From: Mytilus trossulus
Taxonomy: Eukaryota
NCBI RefSeq assembly: GCF_036588685.1
Contig: NC_086379.1
Location: 28,024,001-28,088,000 of the forward strand
DNA: 64,000 nucleotides
Direction: 5' to 3'
How positions within the stretch are numbered: the stretch's first letter is position 1; each line of letters starts with the position of its first letter. This document shows, piece by piece, positions 12,341-25,320 of the stretch. Position numbers and translations under genes: made by a program. Under the pieces are notes generated by a model. It searched no databases, had not been told where the DNA came from, and saw only the letters and a program-made list of their open reading frames with translations.

Positions 12341-13484
12341 TTTACAATTAAAAAGAAATAAATTTGCAGTAATATTTCGTTACATTGCAATGGTGCTTAG
12401 AAAAAATAAATAAAGTAAAAATATAACAGTGATTTAATTTTTTTTGTGGATTGTTATCCTATGTATATTTCTTGTTAAAACTATGTACATGTTATGCATT
12501 TTTTAGAATATTTGTGAAAGAGCAGATATAGAAATCTGCTCTTTGAAGCCGTCGACTGTTGTACAAAGGATTGCTGATGTAGGAAGTAGGTTCCATTGTA
12601 CTATTGTATGTGGATAAAATGAAAACTTGTATGCATCGTTTTTTAAAGAGAAAAGACATTGAGAAAAATATACTTAATATATTTAAAGTAATATGAATTA
12701 TCAATCAAAAAGAAAGTGAAATAATCTTGTTCCTACCAGGGATGTCTTACAAATCCTTGTTCTAGTCCTATAATCTATGAACTCGGGGGCACTGATTATT
12801 TTCTATTTCTGATTTTGCTATTTTCATGATTTTTCTTTTTTATTATCAATGTGCCAAAAATTAAAAATTAAAATATTAACATGAAAATGTTAAATAGTGA
12901 ATATATATCCTGTATAATGCGAAGGCATATTATAGGACTAATCCTAGCAATTTTCATTACCATTGTGTTGCTTTATCTTCTTCAACGGTTAGGGTTTCAT
13001 TTGTATATCTATCGCTTTGTTTTTGTATTTGTATGGGGTACATGGGGGGGGGGGGGGGAGAGGGAAAGGGGGAACTTCTTGTTTAACTGAAGTTTCAAAC
13101 ATTTCTAAATGATTTATATGATACAATTTGTATAAAGGATGTGTTGATAAACCCTTATCCTAGTTTAGATTTGAGAGCTCTGTACAAACATGTTTATTCA
13201 CCACACATGTTTTATGTGCCTGGCCCAAGTTCAGTATTGTGTGTTGGTTGCTTTGTCATTCTGCTGAATGTCGTATCGGACCTATAGTTGTTTACCTATC
13301 CCGGCTCGCCCAACGGCCTCTGATGGATGCCCAAGTTGTCCTATTGGCAATCATACCACTTAGTTTTTACATATACATGCATAATAATAGTTGGTATGCA
13401 AGTCTCTGGTCCCATGCACTACGTTTTTTCAAAACTTAAAACAAAAATAGATAATGTGAACATCTAGTCAACAAAAATACTCAC

Positions 13485-13777
13485 TCTTTCGATGAAATAG
13501 TTTTAATTTTCATTGGAGGCTGAGATTTTGGCCTGTTTATTTTGTTCACATGAGTTCTTTTAGCAACTGGAGTAATGCTTATATCGTTTTTGCTATTTCC
13601 AAATTCATAAACCATAACTGGTGAACCTCCATCGTGTCCGTTATAAATACTCCCAGTTATATTGTCTAATTGATCACTTTTTCTGAAGTTTGCCGGTGAT
13701 GCGTATCCATATCCCATCATCTGAGGTCCAAATAATGCTGCATAGCACGGCTTGTGACAGTACGGCTTTCTGTCATG
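13485..13777 (-). CDS. RASSF2: LIM-RASSF gene, exon 3 (HDRKPYCHKPCYAALFGP...KTISSK), end of LIM plus linker
   Basis: TTCCAG acceptor; PYCHKPCYAALFGP is the CRIP-like LIM end; phase-2 GA|GTGAGT donor joins exon 2214-2298 in frame. Confidence 0.9.
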
Positions 13778-14939
13778 CTGGAAGTAAAGAAAAAAAACAA
13801 ATATTATAATAGATATAAAGAAAATGATAAACTTGAAGCAATACAATACTTGTATCCATTGGATTTCTCGAAAAAATGTATGTGTTATATATATATAGAT
13901 CCTTTAGAGAAAAGGGTGGACTCACTGAAAATTTGGAATCAACTTTTATAGTATTTAACCTTGATTGAATGGTACACCAATGTTTCTATAATATATGTAC
14001 ATATATTAAGTCTTTTTTTATACAATATTATACATAGCTTCGTATTTGTGTGTGTCTCTATGAGACGTGTCGAGTACAGTACAAAATTATTAACCAGGAA
14101 TCACCTGACGAAAGAAACGTAAAGCCAGTATAAATGGAATCTTTGAGTAGCATCCACCCATGTTATTCTCCAAGAAACGACTAGTGTGTTCACTTCTGTG
14201 TTATCACAAGACGTCTGTACGGAGCAATCTTATTCTAAAACAGATTGCATCATGTGCATAGCGGTATTGATTGTTTAAATGAGTGTGATGTTCTTCACTA
14301 AGTTTGAAGCAATACTTATTCAGTGTTTTCCAATATTCTATCTATAGCACTGTCAAGTAATCAGATGACTCAGTGGGTACTTGTAATGTTGTTATTTCTT
14401 AAAATCAATAAGTATAATTCAATAATTGATGTAGATGATTCCCGTGTGATGCCACATATATAGCATTTTCTGTACAGACACAAATCAGAGAAAACAAATT
14501 AAAAGCACACTCAATTTATAATTCGTAGCGTACATCATATATGTATATGGAGGTAAAAGTGTATAAAGATATAAGAATCTATTGTTTTACATTGTGTCAT
14601 TATGGTGACTTTCATAGTTCACTATGCGGTATAGGTTTTGCTCATTGTTGAATGTCGCACAGGAACCTATAGTAATCAAAATTATATGTAATTTGGTTTC
14701 TGGTGAAACCTGTTGTTTCATTGGTAATGGTACCAAATCTTCTTATGGATAAGATTTGGTACAAGGTCAAATAGTCAACAACACGACCAAAGAGCAGAAA
14801 ACAGCAGAAGGCCAGCAGTGGGTCTTCAATACAGCGAGAATCTTCTTCAAGGAAAAAAAAACCCGCATACTCTATGGCATGGTTAAACAAATGCCGTATG
14901 TACATTTAATATACTATACTTAAAGTTTTTGTTCATTAC

Positions 14940-15034
14940 CTCAGCATGTTGACCAGCGGACAGTATTTTACCACATTCTTCACATCGTAAACAGTTCGGA
15001 TGCCAGTTCTTTCCTAAAGAGGTTTTTCTTTCAG
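14940..15034 (-). CDS. RASSF2: LIM-RASSF gene, exon 2 (AERKTSLGKNWHPNCLRCEECGKILSAGQHAE)
   Basis: TTACAG acceptor, GTAATG donor, LIM core WHxxCxxCxxC, phases 1/0 consistent with both neighbours. Confidence 0.92.
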
Positions 15035-15068
15035 CTGTAAAAATAGTTTATCTAAGTAAAAATATCAA

Positions 15069-15680
15069 AGGAGATGTGGTATGAGTGTCAATAAGACAAC
15101 TCTCCATCCAAGTCACAATTTGTAAAAGTAAACCATTATAGGTCAAAGTACGGTCTTCAACACCGAGCTTGGTTCACACAGAACAGCAAGCTATAAAGGG
15201 TCCTAAAGAATAACTTGTGTTTATAAACCATTATATATATAGCCTATAAAATCACTTTGAAGAAACCGTTTGAATAAAAATGAATGTAAAGTTCTATAAG
15301 ACTTCATGTATTTACAAGACTAGCACTTATACAACAGTTCAAGTTTGAGTCGTCTTTTCGGGCTGATAAACATGAACTAATCATCGTGTCGTTTATAAAC
15401 TTAATTTAAAGAAAGTAAACGAGTCTTACTGAAATAATTATACATAAGAAAACTCATAAGCACTCATACTGATTCATGGTTTGTCATTCATGACTATTAT
15501 TGACGCATCAATGTCCTCAGCAACCGGTTCCAGAGAATATAACGGTAACAAACTAAACTAGATATAGGAAGATGTGGTGTGAGTGCCAATGAGACAACTC
15601 TCCATCCAAACAACAATTCAAAAATTAAACCATTATAGGTTAAAGTACGGCCTTCAACACGGAGCCTTGGCTCACATATG
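15069..15680 (+). repeat. Two copies of an abundant short interspersed repeat (gaagatgtggtatgattgccaatgagacaactctcc...); others near 14600-14750 (-), 31755-31803 (-), 32245-32440, 42640, 61150-61262, 61620-61900
   Basis: Recurrent, clearly similar sequence throughout the window. Confidence 0.8.
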
Positions 15681-17747
15681 TAATTAAACAGATAAAGATT
15701 GTTCCAATGTTTGCCGATCAATCGACCGACCTAATCAAAATGTTTTCTCTCATGACAGATCTCTATGCAACAGAAACTCCTCAAATTTCAAAATATGTCA
15801 ATTCGGTATTTATATAGATTAAAAATTGTACAAATGGAATGAATATGCACTTAAATATGAACAGCGTTGTTATATTTGTTATTATCAATATTTAATTTTA
15901 TCTCTATTGAAGATTTTGAGTTTCATAACGAAAATAATGAAGGCCCCCGGCAAAACAAGCAGAGGATTTCATAAGTCTGAGATTTCCGTCTCAATTTCGT
16001 AAAGGGAATTTTTATGAGAACTGTAATTTAACTGTATATGAGATAACACACAGAGGGTAAATTAATTTACATTTTCATTAAAATCACCGTGTAAAAGATA
16101 GAAGGTGTTACATAAATCAAATTTAAATACAATTTAGTAGATTTGATATTATCTGTTTGCTTAGGGCAAACTGTCATATCAAACTCAAACAACTTTATAA
16201 TCTGAAATTTCAACCTAAACTGCATCAGGTAAAAGTATTTGAACTTAATAAACAGGTGACTTGTAAAGGAGTCATTTTCATTTCACAGATGACAGTTTGT
16301 ATATGTGTATATGTATCCTTGCAGAAAATGGACAAAGTAAGATGTCAACACAAACAACATGAAGACAAATGACATATTTAAAAAACAAAGCCATGTCCAG
16401 TCTGGTGTATCAATTAAGACCACTACAGGTCGAGACATGAAAGGCATTAAACTGACAAGAATACGCTAATTTATATTTTATTGCTAAATAGTGAATATGT
16501 TTTAGGAAAATAGACCACAAATGATTCTGCATGTCTTTGCTAAATATTTGTTTGATGAAAGAGAGATCTGATAAATATATATAAAGATCTAGAACGACAG
16601 TTTCTGCCAAACGAAAATCGTTAATCGTACATTGCAGGAGAGGCAGACAAGTCAAATGCAAAGCTATATATTCTAATATTTCTAGTGACCATCTGTAATT
16701 AAATATTGTAACTACTTATTTGTTTGTAAATATGGAGAAAATATGTTTAACCTTATATGACTGAATGATAGTATTTTACATCCAATAGCACATTCTTTTC
16801 ACACGATTGATATACCTCAATTTTACAAATTACCAACAAAAATACCAACAAAACCAGTAAAAATACATTCATCTTTTGAGAATCGAGCATTGTGATTACA
16901 AAAAAAGTGTAATAACTTGTACACAATAATGATGATTTAGAGGGAAATTTAGAAATGAAGAAAATTGACAAAATATATCCTGCCTTTTTTATGTGAAAAT
17001 GTGAAATAGGTTTAAGACCTATCCCAATGTATATGATATTTTTTTACTTCCCATACTCGCATCCGTTCTCACATTTATGATACATGTATAGTTGACCTTA
17101 AAAGTACACGAAATTATACTATCATCATTTATTCAATAACAAATGAAATTTTACGAGACCATATGATCGTTTCCATATCATTTACTCGGCTCATTTTAAC
17201 ATTCAAGGATCTTGTTTATAGTGTATACACCCATATTTCTTTCAATTATGTTTAAAACCGTATATGTCATTCTAAATGTGTCTTTTTAAGAAAGAACAAC
17301 AAAATTAAAGTGAATAAGCAGACCAAGGACAGTAAAAGGGTTAAACAAATGATAGTTTTTCAGAAATATCTTGCGTGTTCTTTTCTTATAAAAGCCCATG
17401 ATATAAAACGACAAGGTTTTATAGCGAAGATTCCTGTTTTAAGTTCTGATATAAACATTGTTAAATACTACTCCATTGATACAAACTAATGTTTAAATCC
17501 GCAAATGGAATAAAATTTAAACCAAATAAATTATTAAATTGGACTTGTAAATGAACGCGGAACAAGTAGAACTCAAACTTCGCACCCTACCAGAAGTTCG
17601 TATTTTACTCTGGATTTAATTGCATGCCAAAAATATCAAAATAATTATTTTTATTTCACCGACACGATCCATGATTTTAACCACCCGTATAAAAGTCACA
17701 CCTAAGTAAACATGACCCAAATTTAATCAAAATCTACTTTTACTTAC

Positions 17748-17790
17748 CGAAATATACTGGTTTACCACACTTTTGACAAGTATTGTTCAT
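17748..17790 (-). CDS. RASSF2: LIM-RASSF gene, coding exon 1 (MNNTCQKCGKPVYF), start of a CRIP-type LIM domain
   Basis: ATG at 17790, CxxC motif, phase-1 GTAAGT donor that fits the next exon. The symbol is family-level (RASSF2/4/6 class). Confidence 0.88.
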
Positions 17791-18617
17791 TCTAGTGTCA
17801 TTGCCTTCTTAATTCCTCACTATTGTGACGATTTGATGCAGTAATCCATCAAAACATTTGTCAAATACAACATAATATTGATCTACCGGTGTCCCTTTGA
17901 TACTGCAATACACTAGAGTTAGAGTTCGATCCAATGTGAATGGTGTTTATATTTCTGTCGGGTCAACAATTGTATTTATAAATCTCTAGGCCGGTATGTC
18001 CTTTATCACAATTCCTATTTGGTGATTATCCATTTTGCAACTCCTATTGTATTTGATAAAAGTAGTGAAGTGGGGTTTAAATTTGCTTAAAAATATTTTC
18101 ATTCAAGTGTAAAATATACCCAAGATCAAGGTGAATATGACTTAAAGGTATATGAAATAACTACGAAACGTCTCTCATCCTTGTAAAATATGTTTTCTTT
18201 GTGACTTTTAAATTGTTATTGTATGATACACCACATAAAACGTGTACCTGTTTTGTCCTATTATTTAATACATTTTGATATAGTTATCTGTTAATGAATT
18301 AAGATTAGCACGTTTCGCCCATAAAATGGATCTCAAACTACATGTATAAATAAGTGAAATGAGTACAAGATTCTATCGACGGAGAAAATCACTTCTAATA
18401 TGTTAAGCTAAGAATTTTAGTGGATTGGCAATCAATTAAAATTTGACAAAATTATTGCTTGACTGCACTTGGACAAACAGTTTTCGGCGTATTTAGTGCA
18501 TCCTAACTCCACCCAACAAATGTATTCGATAGCGATGAAATCAGTATACCCCTTAGCCTCTTTACTAATCTCTCCTGAATAGCGATTAACTATTCGTTAT
18601 GATATTTTTTTAAATAA

Positions 18618-18825
18618 TAAAATTGAGAATGGAAATGGGGAATGTGTCAAAGAGACAACAACCCTACCAAATAAAAAAACACAACAGCAGAAGGTCACCA
18701 ACAGGTCTTCAATGTAGCGAGAAATTCCCGCACCCGGAGGCGTCCTTCGGCTGGCCCCTAAACAAATATATACTAGTTCAGTGATGATGAACGCCATACT
18801 AATTTCCAATTGTACACAAGAAACA
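18618..18825 (+). repeat. Interspersed repeat (aattgagaatggaaatggggaatgtgtcaaagagacaac...); second copy at 20688-20778
   Basis: Two near-identical copies plus fragments at about 14770-14850 and 50605-50660. Confidence 0.8.
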
Positions 18826-20105
18826 CTGTAATGGTTTTTTTTTCCTTTTATTTGAAGATTTACACTTAAGATCTCCTTCTACTATATGATACATAAAAAA
18901 AGAACTTTTTTCCCCAATCTATAATGACCAATTACAGGAACTATTAAAACCAAGATTTCCTTTTCATGTAGATAAAAACAAGTCGCAAAACCAAGTTTTG
19001 AGTTTGAGAATTATGGTCTCACGTCAATCCGGAAAGGACCATCAGACGCTGCAAAATTTGAACGTTACTCTTTGATATCCAGGGACCACTGTTGTGGTAT
19101 TGACTAAATTTTATGATTAATTCTACGGTCAGTGATGCATATTTGATATTTTTTTCCCAAATTTATGTTTTAACACTTCAAAATGTTGTTACAAACCGAA
19201 TGAAAAAGTAACGAAAAATAGCTTTGAAGTAGAATAAATGTTCTATAATATCATTTGCAGTATTTGATCCTTCCGGGGAAAAGAGTATCGAGTATTTGTT
19301 CCAACCGGAACAGCTATTGTGTCATTGTGTATAACAAAGTATCATGTGGAAAATATGTAATGTGTAAAATAAATTATGCATAGACAATTGTACACATCCT
19401 ATGGTTTTGTTTTGTTAATTTCAGTAAAATTAAAGTCTTTTAAAAGACTTCTATGTGTAAATTGATTAGGGAACATGCAATTGGTTCGTGCCTCTTTCTT
19501 GTTAACGACACCTGAAACATCCCGACATACAACAACATAATTATATGCATTTTGCTAGTGGTCAAAGGAAAGAAAGTCTACTCAGATAATACATCGCGGT
19601 CTAGAATTTAGAAATATATTTTTAACTAAATGTGAAAAACTTGCCAAAATAGTAGTTATGACAGTGTTTGTGTTTTAACTTAGGGAAGTCGCAACATAAA
19701 CCACAAAACAGTGAATCAAACAATAAATTGCCTTCTTTTGTCATTTTAGTCGATACATACAATGCAAATCTAATTGACAAAGTGTCCTTATACAATATGA
19801 CACAAGTGTTTTGTGCATGTAGTGTGTTTAAAAAGAAACAAGATGACAAGCGGATAATGAATGAAAGATCAATGATAATGTACATTACATAATAACAAAA
19901 ATTGAAAACTAGTTGCAAAGTAAAGAAACACGAAATAGAATAGTGTTTCAAGGGAAGTAATTCAAACTTAATTCTAAGTTGATAATACAAATTTCTTGTT
20001 AACAGTTTGTTCTTTTATATATTAGTTACACTTAGTTAGTTTGTTTGTTGATTTTTTGTTTGGTTTCTTTCTCTTTTTGGTTGGTTATCTGTATTTGTTT
20101 TATTC

Positions 20106-20214
20106 CAATCTAATTAAAAACCGACCTCTCATCGCTCCCGTTTTCTGATAGTGTCGCGTGGGAGCGACAGATCAGAAAACGGGAGCGATGAGAGATAGGT
20201 TTTTAATTAGATTG
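20106..20214. mobile_element. 109-bp fold-back MITE with 9-bp TSD GTTTTATTC (Mutator-like)
   Basis: Near-perfect palindrome caatctaattaaaaacc...ggtttttaattagattg; identical 9-mer at 20097-20105 and 20215-20223. Confidence 0.9.
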
Positions 20215-21690
20215 GTTTTATTCTAATGTCAAACTAGAACAACTGTTCGTTATTTACCGCAAGTTATTTTATAATACAGAATGACAAACTTATACTAAAT
20301 ATCTTGTTTTAGGAGGGTATAAATACTAATTTGTGACAAATCACTCTGATTTAAACAAAAATTATCTGAAATTGAAATTATCAAAATTATTGAAATGAAT
20401 ATTTTATTCACAACATATATTATAAATGTATGACGTGTTTTTTCAACATACAGTCGGCATTTCTGCGGGGACCAACTTTGCTTCTCTTCTTGGTGACATG
20501 TTCCTAGTTGATATTATTTGATTTTCCCAAACCTTGCGTTTCCTATTATAATTTAGCTGCTTTCATGGTATCCATTAGACATGGCTCTGTATTTAATACT
20601 ATTTATACATCCCGTCATTATATAATTCTTCTGTGGTAAACTTTTTTATATCCTTTTCTTTCATTTTGCTAATATGCTTTGTCTATATAAAATTGAGAAT
20701 GGAAATGGGGAATGTGTCAAAGAGACAACAATCCGACCAGATAAAAAAAAACAACAACAGAAGGTCACCAACAGGTCTTGCCTTTTTGTATTTCTATATT
20801 ACATATTTGTTTGTTTTTATAGTGAATTAGGATTACAACACAATGTTGACTGCTGTACCCTGTTTTTTATTTTTTTTTATCTATAATGTCAGTTTGTTTT
20901 GTTCACGCATCGTTGTCAATATAATGGAATTGTAAGCGACTGTCATACAAGTGAGAGGTTTAGCTAGCAATAAAACCAGGTTTTATTTATAATTTTCTAC
21001 ATAACAAATGTCTGTACCAAGTCAGATTACGACAGTTGTTATCCATTTGTTTGATGTGTTTGAGCTTTTAATTTTGCCATTTGATTACGGACTTTCCGGT
21101 TTGAATTTTCCACGGAGTTCGGTAATTTACTTTATAAGCAGAAGTTGAATTCATCAGTTTGACATTTTTAGGATCGATATCATAAGTTGAGCGGGAGTTA
21201 TGAAATAACTACGTCACATATAACCACGAAAATTTTCCAATTGTCGGAGCCACAATCCAGTGACTCCAGTCCCATTTTTTCAATTGCTATGTGAAACACG
21301 ACGGGTGCCATGGGATGTCCTGTCCTACCACCGGAGCACATGATGTCACCCCGGATTTTATATGTTGCCAGTCTAGTTTTTATATTGTATTTTGTATATT
21401 TTTTCATCGTTTACTGTGAACCGCAAAAAAAGAGGGATGGCATCAGAAACTTTCGTAGATTAAGCAAATCCTGCTCCACTTCGCGTTTTTTTAAATCGCA
21501 AATTTGATGATAAATCCAATTTGATTGTTTCATTTCAATGAGAAAATGAGGATGGTATTGTAGTTAAAACAATTAAATATTTTTTTCTTGTCATATGTGA
21601 AACAGATATTACATAATCTTCAACCTCGAGATGGCGTTAGTAGCATTTTCGAAGGGATGACTTCCTCTTAATCACTTGGATAAGTTAGTT

Positions 21691-22190
21691 TCACAGCTTC
21701 ATTGTAAGCAGCAACCATCTTTTAAGAAAATCATGATAATAAATGCAAGCTCTCGAATATCTTACCAATCGGGATATATAACCTCCACATACAAGGGCTG
21801 TTGGAATGTTGATGCATAGAAATGGAAAGTTTACATTAGGGAAGCTAACATCATCACTTTTTTTGTCGTAAAGATTTGTTATCAACCGACACTCATTGTC
21901 AAATTGTAGATGTGAGTTAAGATTAAGACAGACTTGACGATATTTATAATGTATGTTCAAGTTCAAAGGGAAATGTGCATTCCAAATAGGAACTATTTAG
22001 TGAGAGGAAATAATCTGTTTTGTCAGACGTGAAGAGAAAATATAATTCCAGATACTTTCATTCTTCATAAGAAGTTCTTGTATGAAATCCGAATCGCAGT
22101 AATAAAGGAAGAAATCGACAAGAAGGGGGTCACAATTTATTCCTGTGCTTGAGAATATCGTCGTTTGTTGAAAAAATGTCCTCAAAACGT
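21691..22190 (-). mobile_element. Degenerate Penelope-like element reverse transcriptase fragment
   Basis: FQQT...GINCDPLLVDFFLYY and LYDK..DDVSFPNVNFPFLCINIP...YISRLVRYSRAC resemble PLE RT motifs GIPMGTNCAPLLADLFL and LYDKRDDFSFPIVNFPFL; frameshifted. Another scrap lies at 20440-20505 (+). Confidence 0.8.
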
Positions 22191-22995
22191 AACAACTATA
22201 TATATGTTGTCAATCAAGAAATCTTATTAGTTTCAGATATTTTTAGTTTTAATCCTTTTTTTTTTTTTTTTATTACAGAACACGATTTGTTCCTTTTAAA
22301 ACAAGATATAAGAACTTTTCTGACTGCCAGTACTTTTTTAGGACTTTAGTATAATAAAATTCTTAATTTTCATATTGTAGCCTTTAATTTCTTTGTTTCA
22401 TATTTCATTACATTTTATATTTTCGTTCATGTTAAGCTTTGATATATAATTTAATTCTCTATTTGGTCATTGTGTGACACGTTTTACTCTGTAAACTAAT
22501 AAGTGTCAATTTACCTTTTTCGTAATTAAATGTTTTTGAATATCATAATCAGATTAGTAATTTAACTTTATTCTTCAAGTTCTAAAAATAGAATATCTTT
22601 GACAGTGAACAATATCAACCAAATTGAGAGTTATTTGTTATGTCTATTCTTGTCAAATATACTTTTTGTACAAATCCTTTTTATAATTTTTATGAATTAT
22701 TATTTAGATTGGACTCAGGACTTTACACTGAAGACTGACCATCGAAAATAAAAGTATTCTATCCTGAATTATTGAATATTATTCGTCGCGAGTTCAAGAG
22801 TCTCAAGAGTTAGCTGTCACCAGAATTTCAGTCCCAGAGTTGTTTTCACTATCCGAAGCATTCGTTCTTTGTGTGTTCAGGTGCACCACACCGTTTCAGC
22901 AACAAGAGGCAATTCAATCTGGCTCTTGATAAACAAGGACTTGGGAATAGTAAACGAAATATTGCTGGATGAAACATGTTTGTGAGCGCTTATAA

Positions 22996-23400
22996 GATTC
23001 GAGCGTCACTGGTGAGCCTTTTGTAGACGAATTGCGCGTCTGCCGCAAATACAAAATTTCAATCCTAGAATCTATGATGAGTTTATTCATAACCACTGAG
23101 TCGATCTGGAGTTTAAACTCCCCGAGGGTATCATCAGCTTAGTAGTCAGTCTTCTGTTTTGACATGAAATATCATTTATTTGGTCATTATTATAAACTAC
23201 TAGTAACTGTTTACAAAAAATTAAATTTTTGAAATACTAAGGCTTTTTTCCCTCAGTAATAGATTACCTAAGCTGTATTTGGCAAAACCTTTAGGTAATT
23301 TTGGTCCTTGATTCGAGCGTCACTGGTGAATCTTTTGTAGACAAAACGCCGTCTGGAGCAAATATAAAATTTCAATCCGGGTTTCTATGATGAGTTTATA
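22996..23400 (+). mobile_element. Non-LTR retrozyme: 314-bp monomer bounded by two degenerate type I hammerheads
   Basis: Direct repeat gattcgagcgtcactggtga.ycttttgtagac.aa..gc..gtctg...aaaatttcaatcc...tctatgatgagttta at 22996 and 23310. Confidence 0.8.
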
Positions 23401-24144
23401 TACATTCAAGGAAGTTCCACAACTTTATATCTTGTTGAAATTCCCTAGGAACGTAGTATAGATATAAGATTCTTTTCAGGATTGCATCTATGGTAATTGT
23501 CGTGTGTGAATATTTTGAGTTCCCAAGTGAAATTGTCAATACCACACTCTTTTATAAATCAATGATAGTGTAATGTAGTTATTCGCACGGGATCTACACC
23601 GCTGCTGATGGCCTGCGGATCCCCAGGGTTACCACCAGCTCAATTGCCTAAAATTCCCAATTGATATATTTCGAAATTTCTAATTAACTTTGGTATCAAC
23701 CATGAGGCAAAGTTATAGATGAATATGGCGAAACTTTTCATGCAATTTTTTTCTATGTTTGAGGCGTTTGTTTTTGTTGCATTTCAGTGTTACTGTTGTT
23801 CATTTGTTTTCCTCTTATAGTTGATGTATTTCCCTCGTTTTCTGTTTGTAACCCGGATTTGTTTTCTCTCAATGTTAAATTACTTTTTAACAGCGGTATA
23901 CTTTAGTTTCCTTTATTCATAAAGGTTCTACGTATTTACACATTACTGGCTTTAAATGTTTAGGTTTGGGCGTTCCTAATTAAAGTATATCAAGAAAAGC
24001 ATCTTTTAATATGCTATTTTCATTTGTAGAATCAATATGCATGTTTTAAACGAAGAGTTCATGACAATCCATGAACGCATACAAATATTTTTCAAACAGA
24101 ATTTACGAAATTCATTGTTTGTATTCCAGTATCGCAATATTTGA

Positions 24145-24285
24145 AAATGCCTGTACCAAGCCAGGAATATGACAGTTCTTGTCCATTCGTTTTTGATGCG
24201 TTTTGTTTTTTGATTTTGCCATGTGATTATGGACTTTCCAAATTGATTTTCCTCTGAGTTCAGTATTTTTGTGATTTTACTTTTT
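24145..24285 (+). repeat. Interspersed repeat (aaatgcctgtaccaagtcaggaatatgacagtt...); related copies at 20940-21135 and 60190-60340 (-)
   Basis: Multiple similar copies in the window. Confidence 0.7.
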
Positions 24286-24495
24286 GATACAAGTGCGATT
24301 ATGCGGGTAGTTATTTCAACATTTCTACATGAAAATTAAACTATAAAAAGAAAAAAAAAATCTACATATGAAGTAAACATGTATCACTTTAGATCATAAA
24401 ATCTAAATTTAATCGAAAAACTTCGACATAAGTGAATTTTTCTATCGAAAAAAAACTAACTACGACATAGCAATTCACACATTATACCAGACATT

Positions 24496-25320
24496 CTACT
24501 TTAAGTTCATAATCAATTTTGGTTTTTTATTCTGTTGTTTTTTCTGACGCATTATGTCCATATAATTGCCTAGATAAGATGGTGGTTCTTTACCATCATT
24601 AGATCGATGCGTCTTTGAATTATAGAACTCCCGAAGCTGTCTTAGATCCTCAAGACTTTTGCTCTGGTATTTCTGTTTCCTGGCTTCTTCAGCTCTTCTC
24701 AAACTTCGAACTGGTACTGGTTTACTGTTTTTGTTCTCAGCTGCTCGCTTTTTCAACATTTCTATCATTGGCTTACCTGTCTTTACGTCGATCCTATTGG
24801 ACGAAAGCCATTGTCTCAGTTTCCGGTTTTCTTCCAACAGTTTTAAATTCCTTTGCTTCTCTTGTAAAAGCGATTCACGTTCGACTTTAAGTTTATGATT
24901 ATCTTTCAACAATTCTCCAGTCTTTTTTCCTGATGCTTCAGATTTAATGTTCATTTCAAACACTTGTGTTTCTAGCTGATGACACTGATTTTTCCTTGTT
25001 TCTATGTCCGTCAATAGAAATTTGTTTGTTGCTTTCGCTCGTTCTAATTCTTTTTTAATTTTGTCTACAGTATCTACAGTACCGCCAAATCTTGAATCTT
25101 GTTGACGTCGTAATTTTTCATTTTCAGATTTCAATTTTTCTAACTCTTTCACTAAATCTTCCATCTGTTCCAAGAATCTACCTCTTTCTTTTTCAATTTG
25201 TTCATCGATTTGTCTTTTTCTCTCCTCTTCCTCTTCAGCAAGAGTAAGTTTTTTCTTAGGTGGTTGTTTTGCATTTTTTTCTTGCTTCGGTTTCTCCTTT
25301 TCCTTCATATTCTTACTCAT
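24496..25320 (-). CDS. Uncharacterised 274-aa Lys/Glu-rich coiled-coil protein, single coding exon
   Basis: 825-bp open frame in AT-rich DNA, in-frame TAA 12 nt upstream of the ATG, heptad pattern over about aa 25-170, PPKKK NLS-like motif. Confidence 0.8.
   Translation of the reverse strand: MSKNMKEKEKPKQEKNAKQPPKKKLTLAEEEEERKRQIDEQIEKERGRFLEQMEDLVKELEKLKSENEKLRRQQDSRFGGTVDTVDKIKKELERAKATNKFLLTDIETRKNQCHQLETQVFEMNIKSEASGKKTGELLKDNHKLKVERESLLQEKQRNLKLLEENRKLRQWLSSNRIDVKTGKPMIEMLKKRAAENKNSKPVPVRSLRRAEEARKQKYQSKSLEDLRQLREFYNSKTHRSNDGKEPPSYLGNYMDIMRQKKQQNKKPKLIMNLK

Noticed and set aside
13778-13846. Hydrophobic signal-peptide-like start of ORF 13481-13846
   Set aside because: It is the intronic polypyrimidine tract before the acceptor at 13777.
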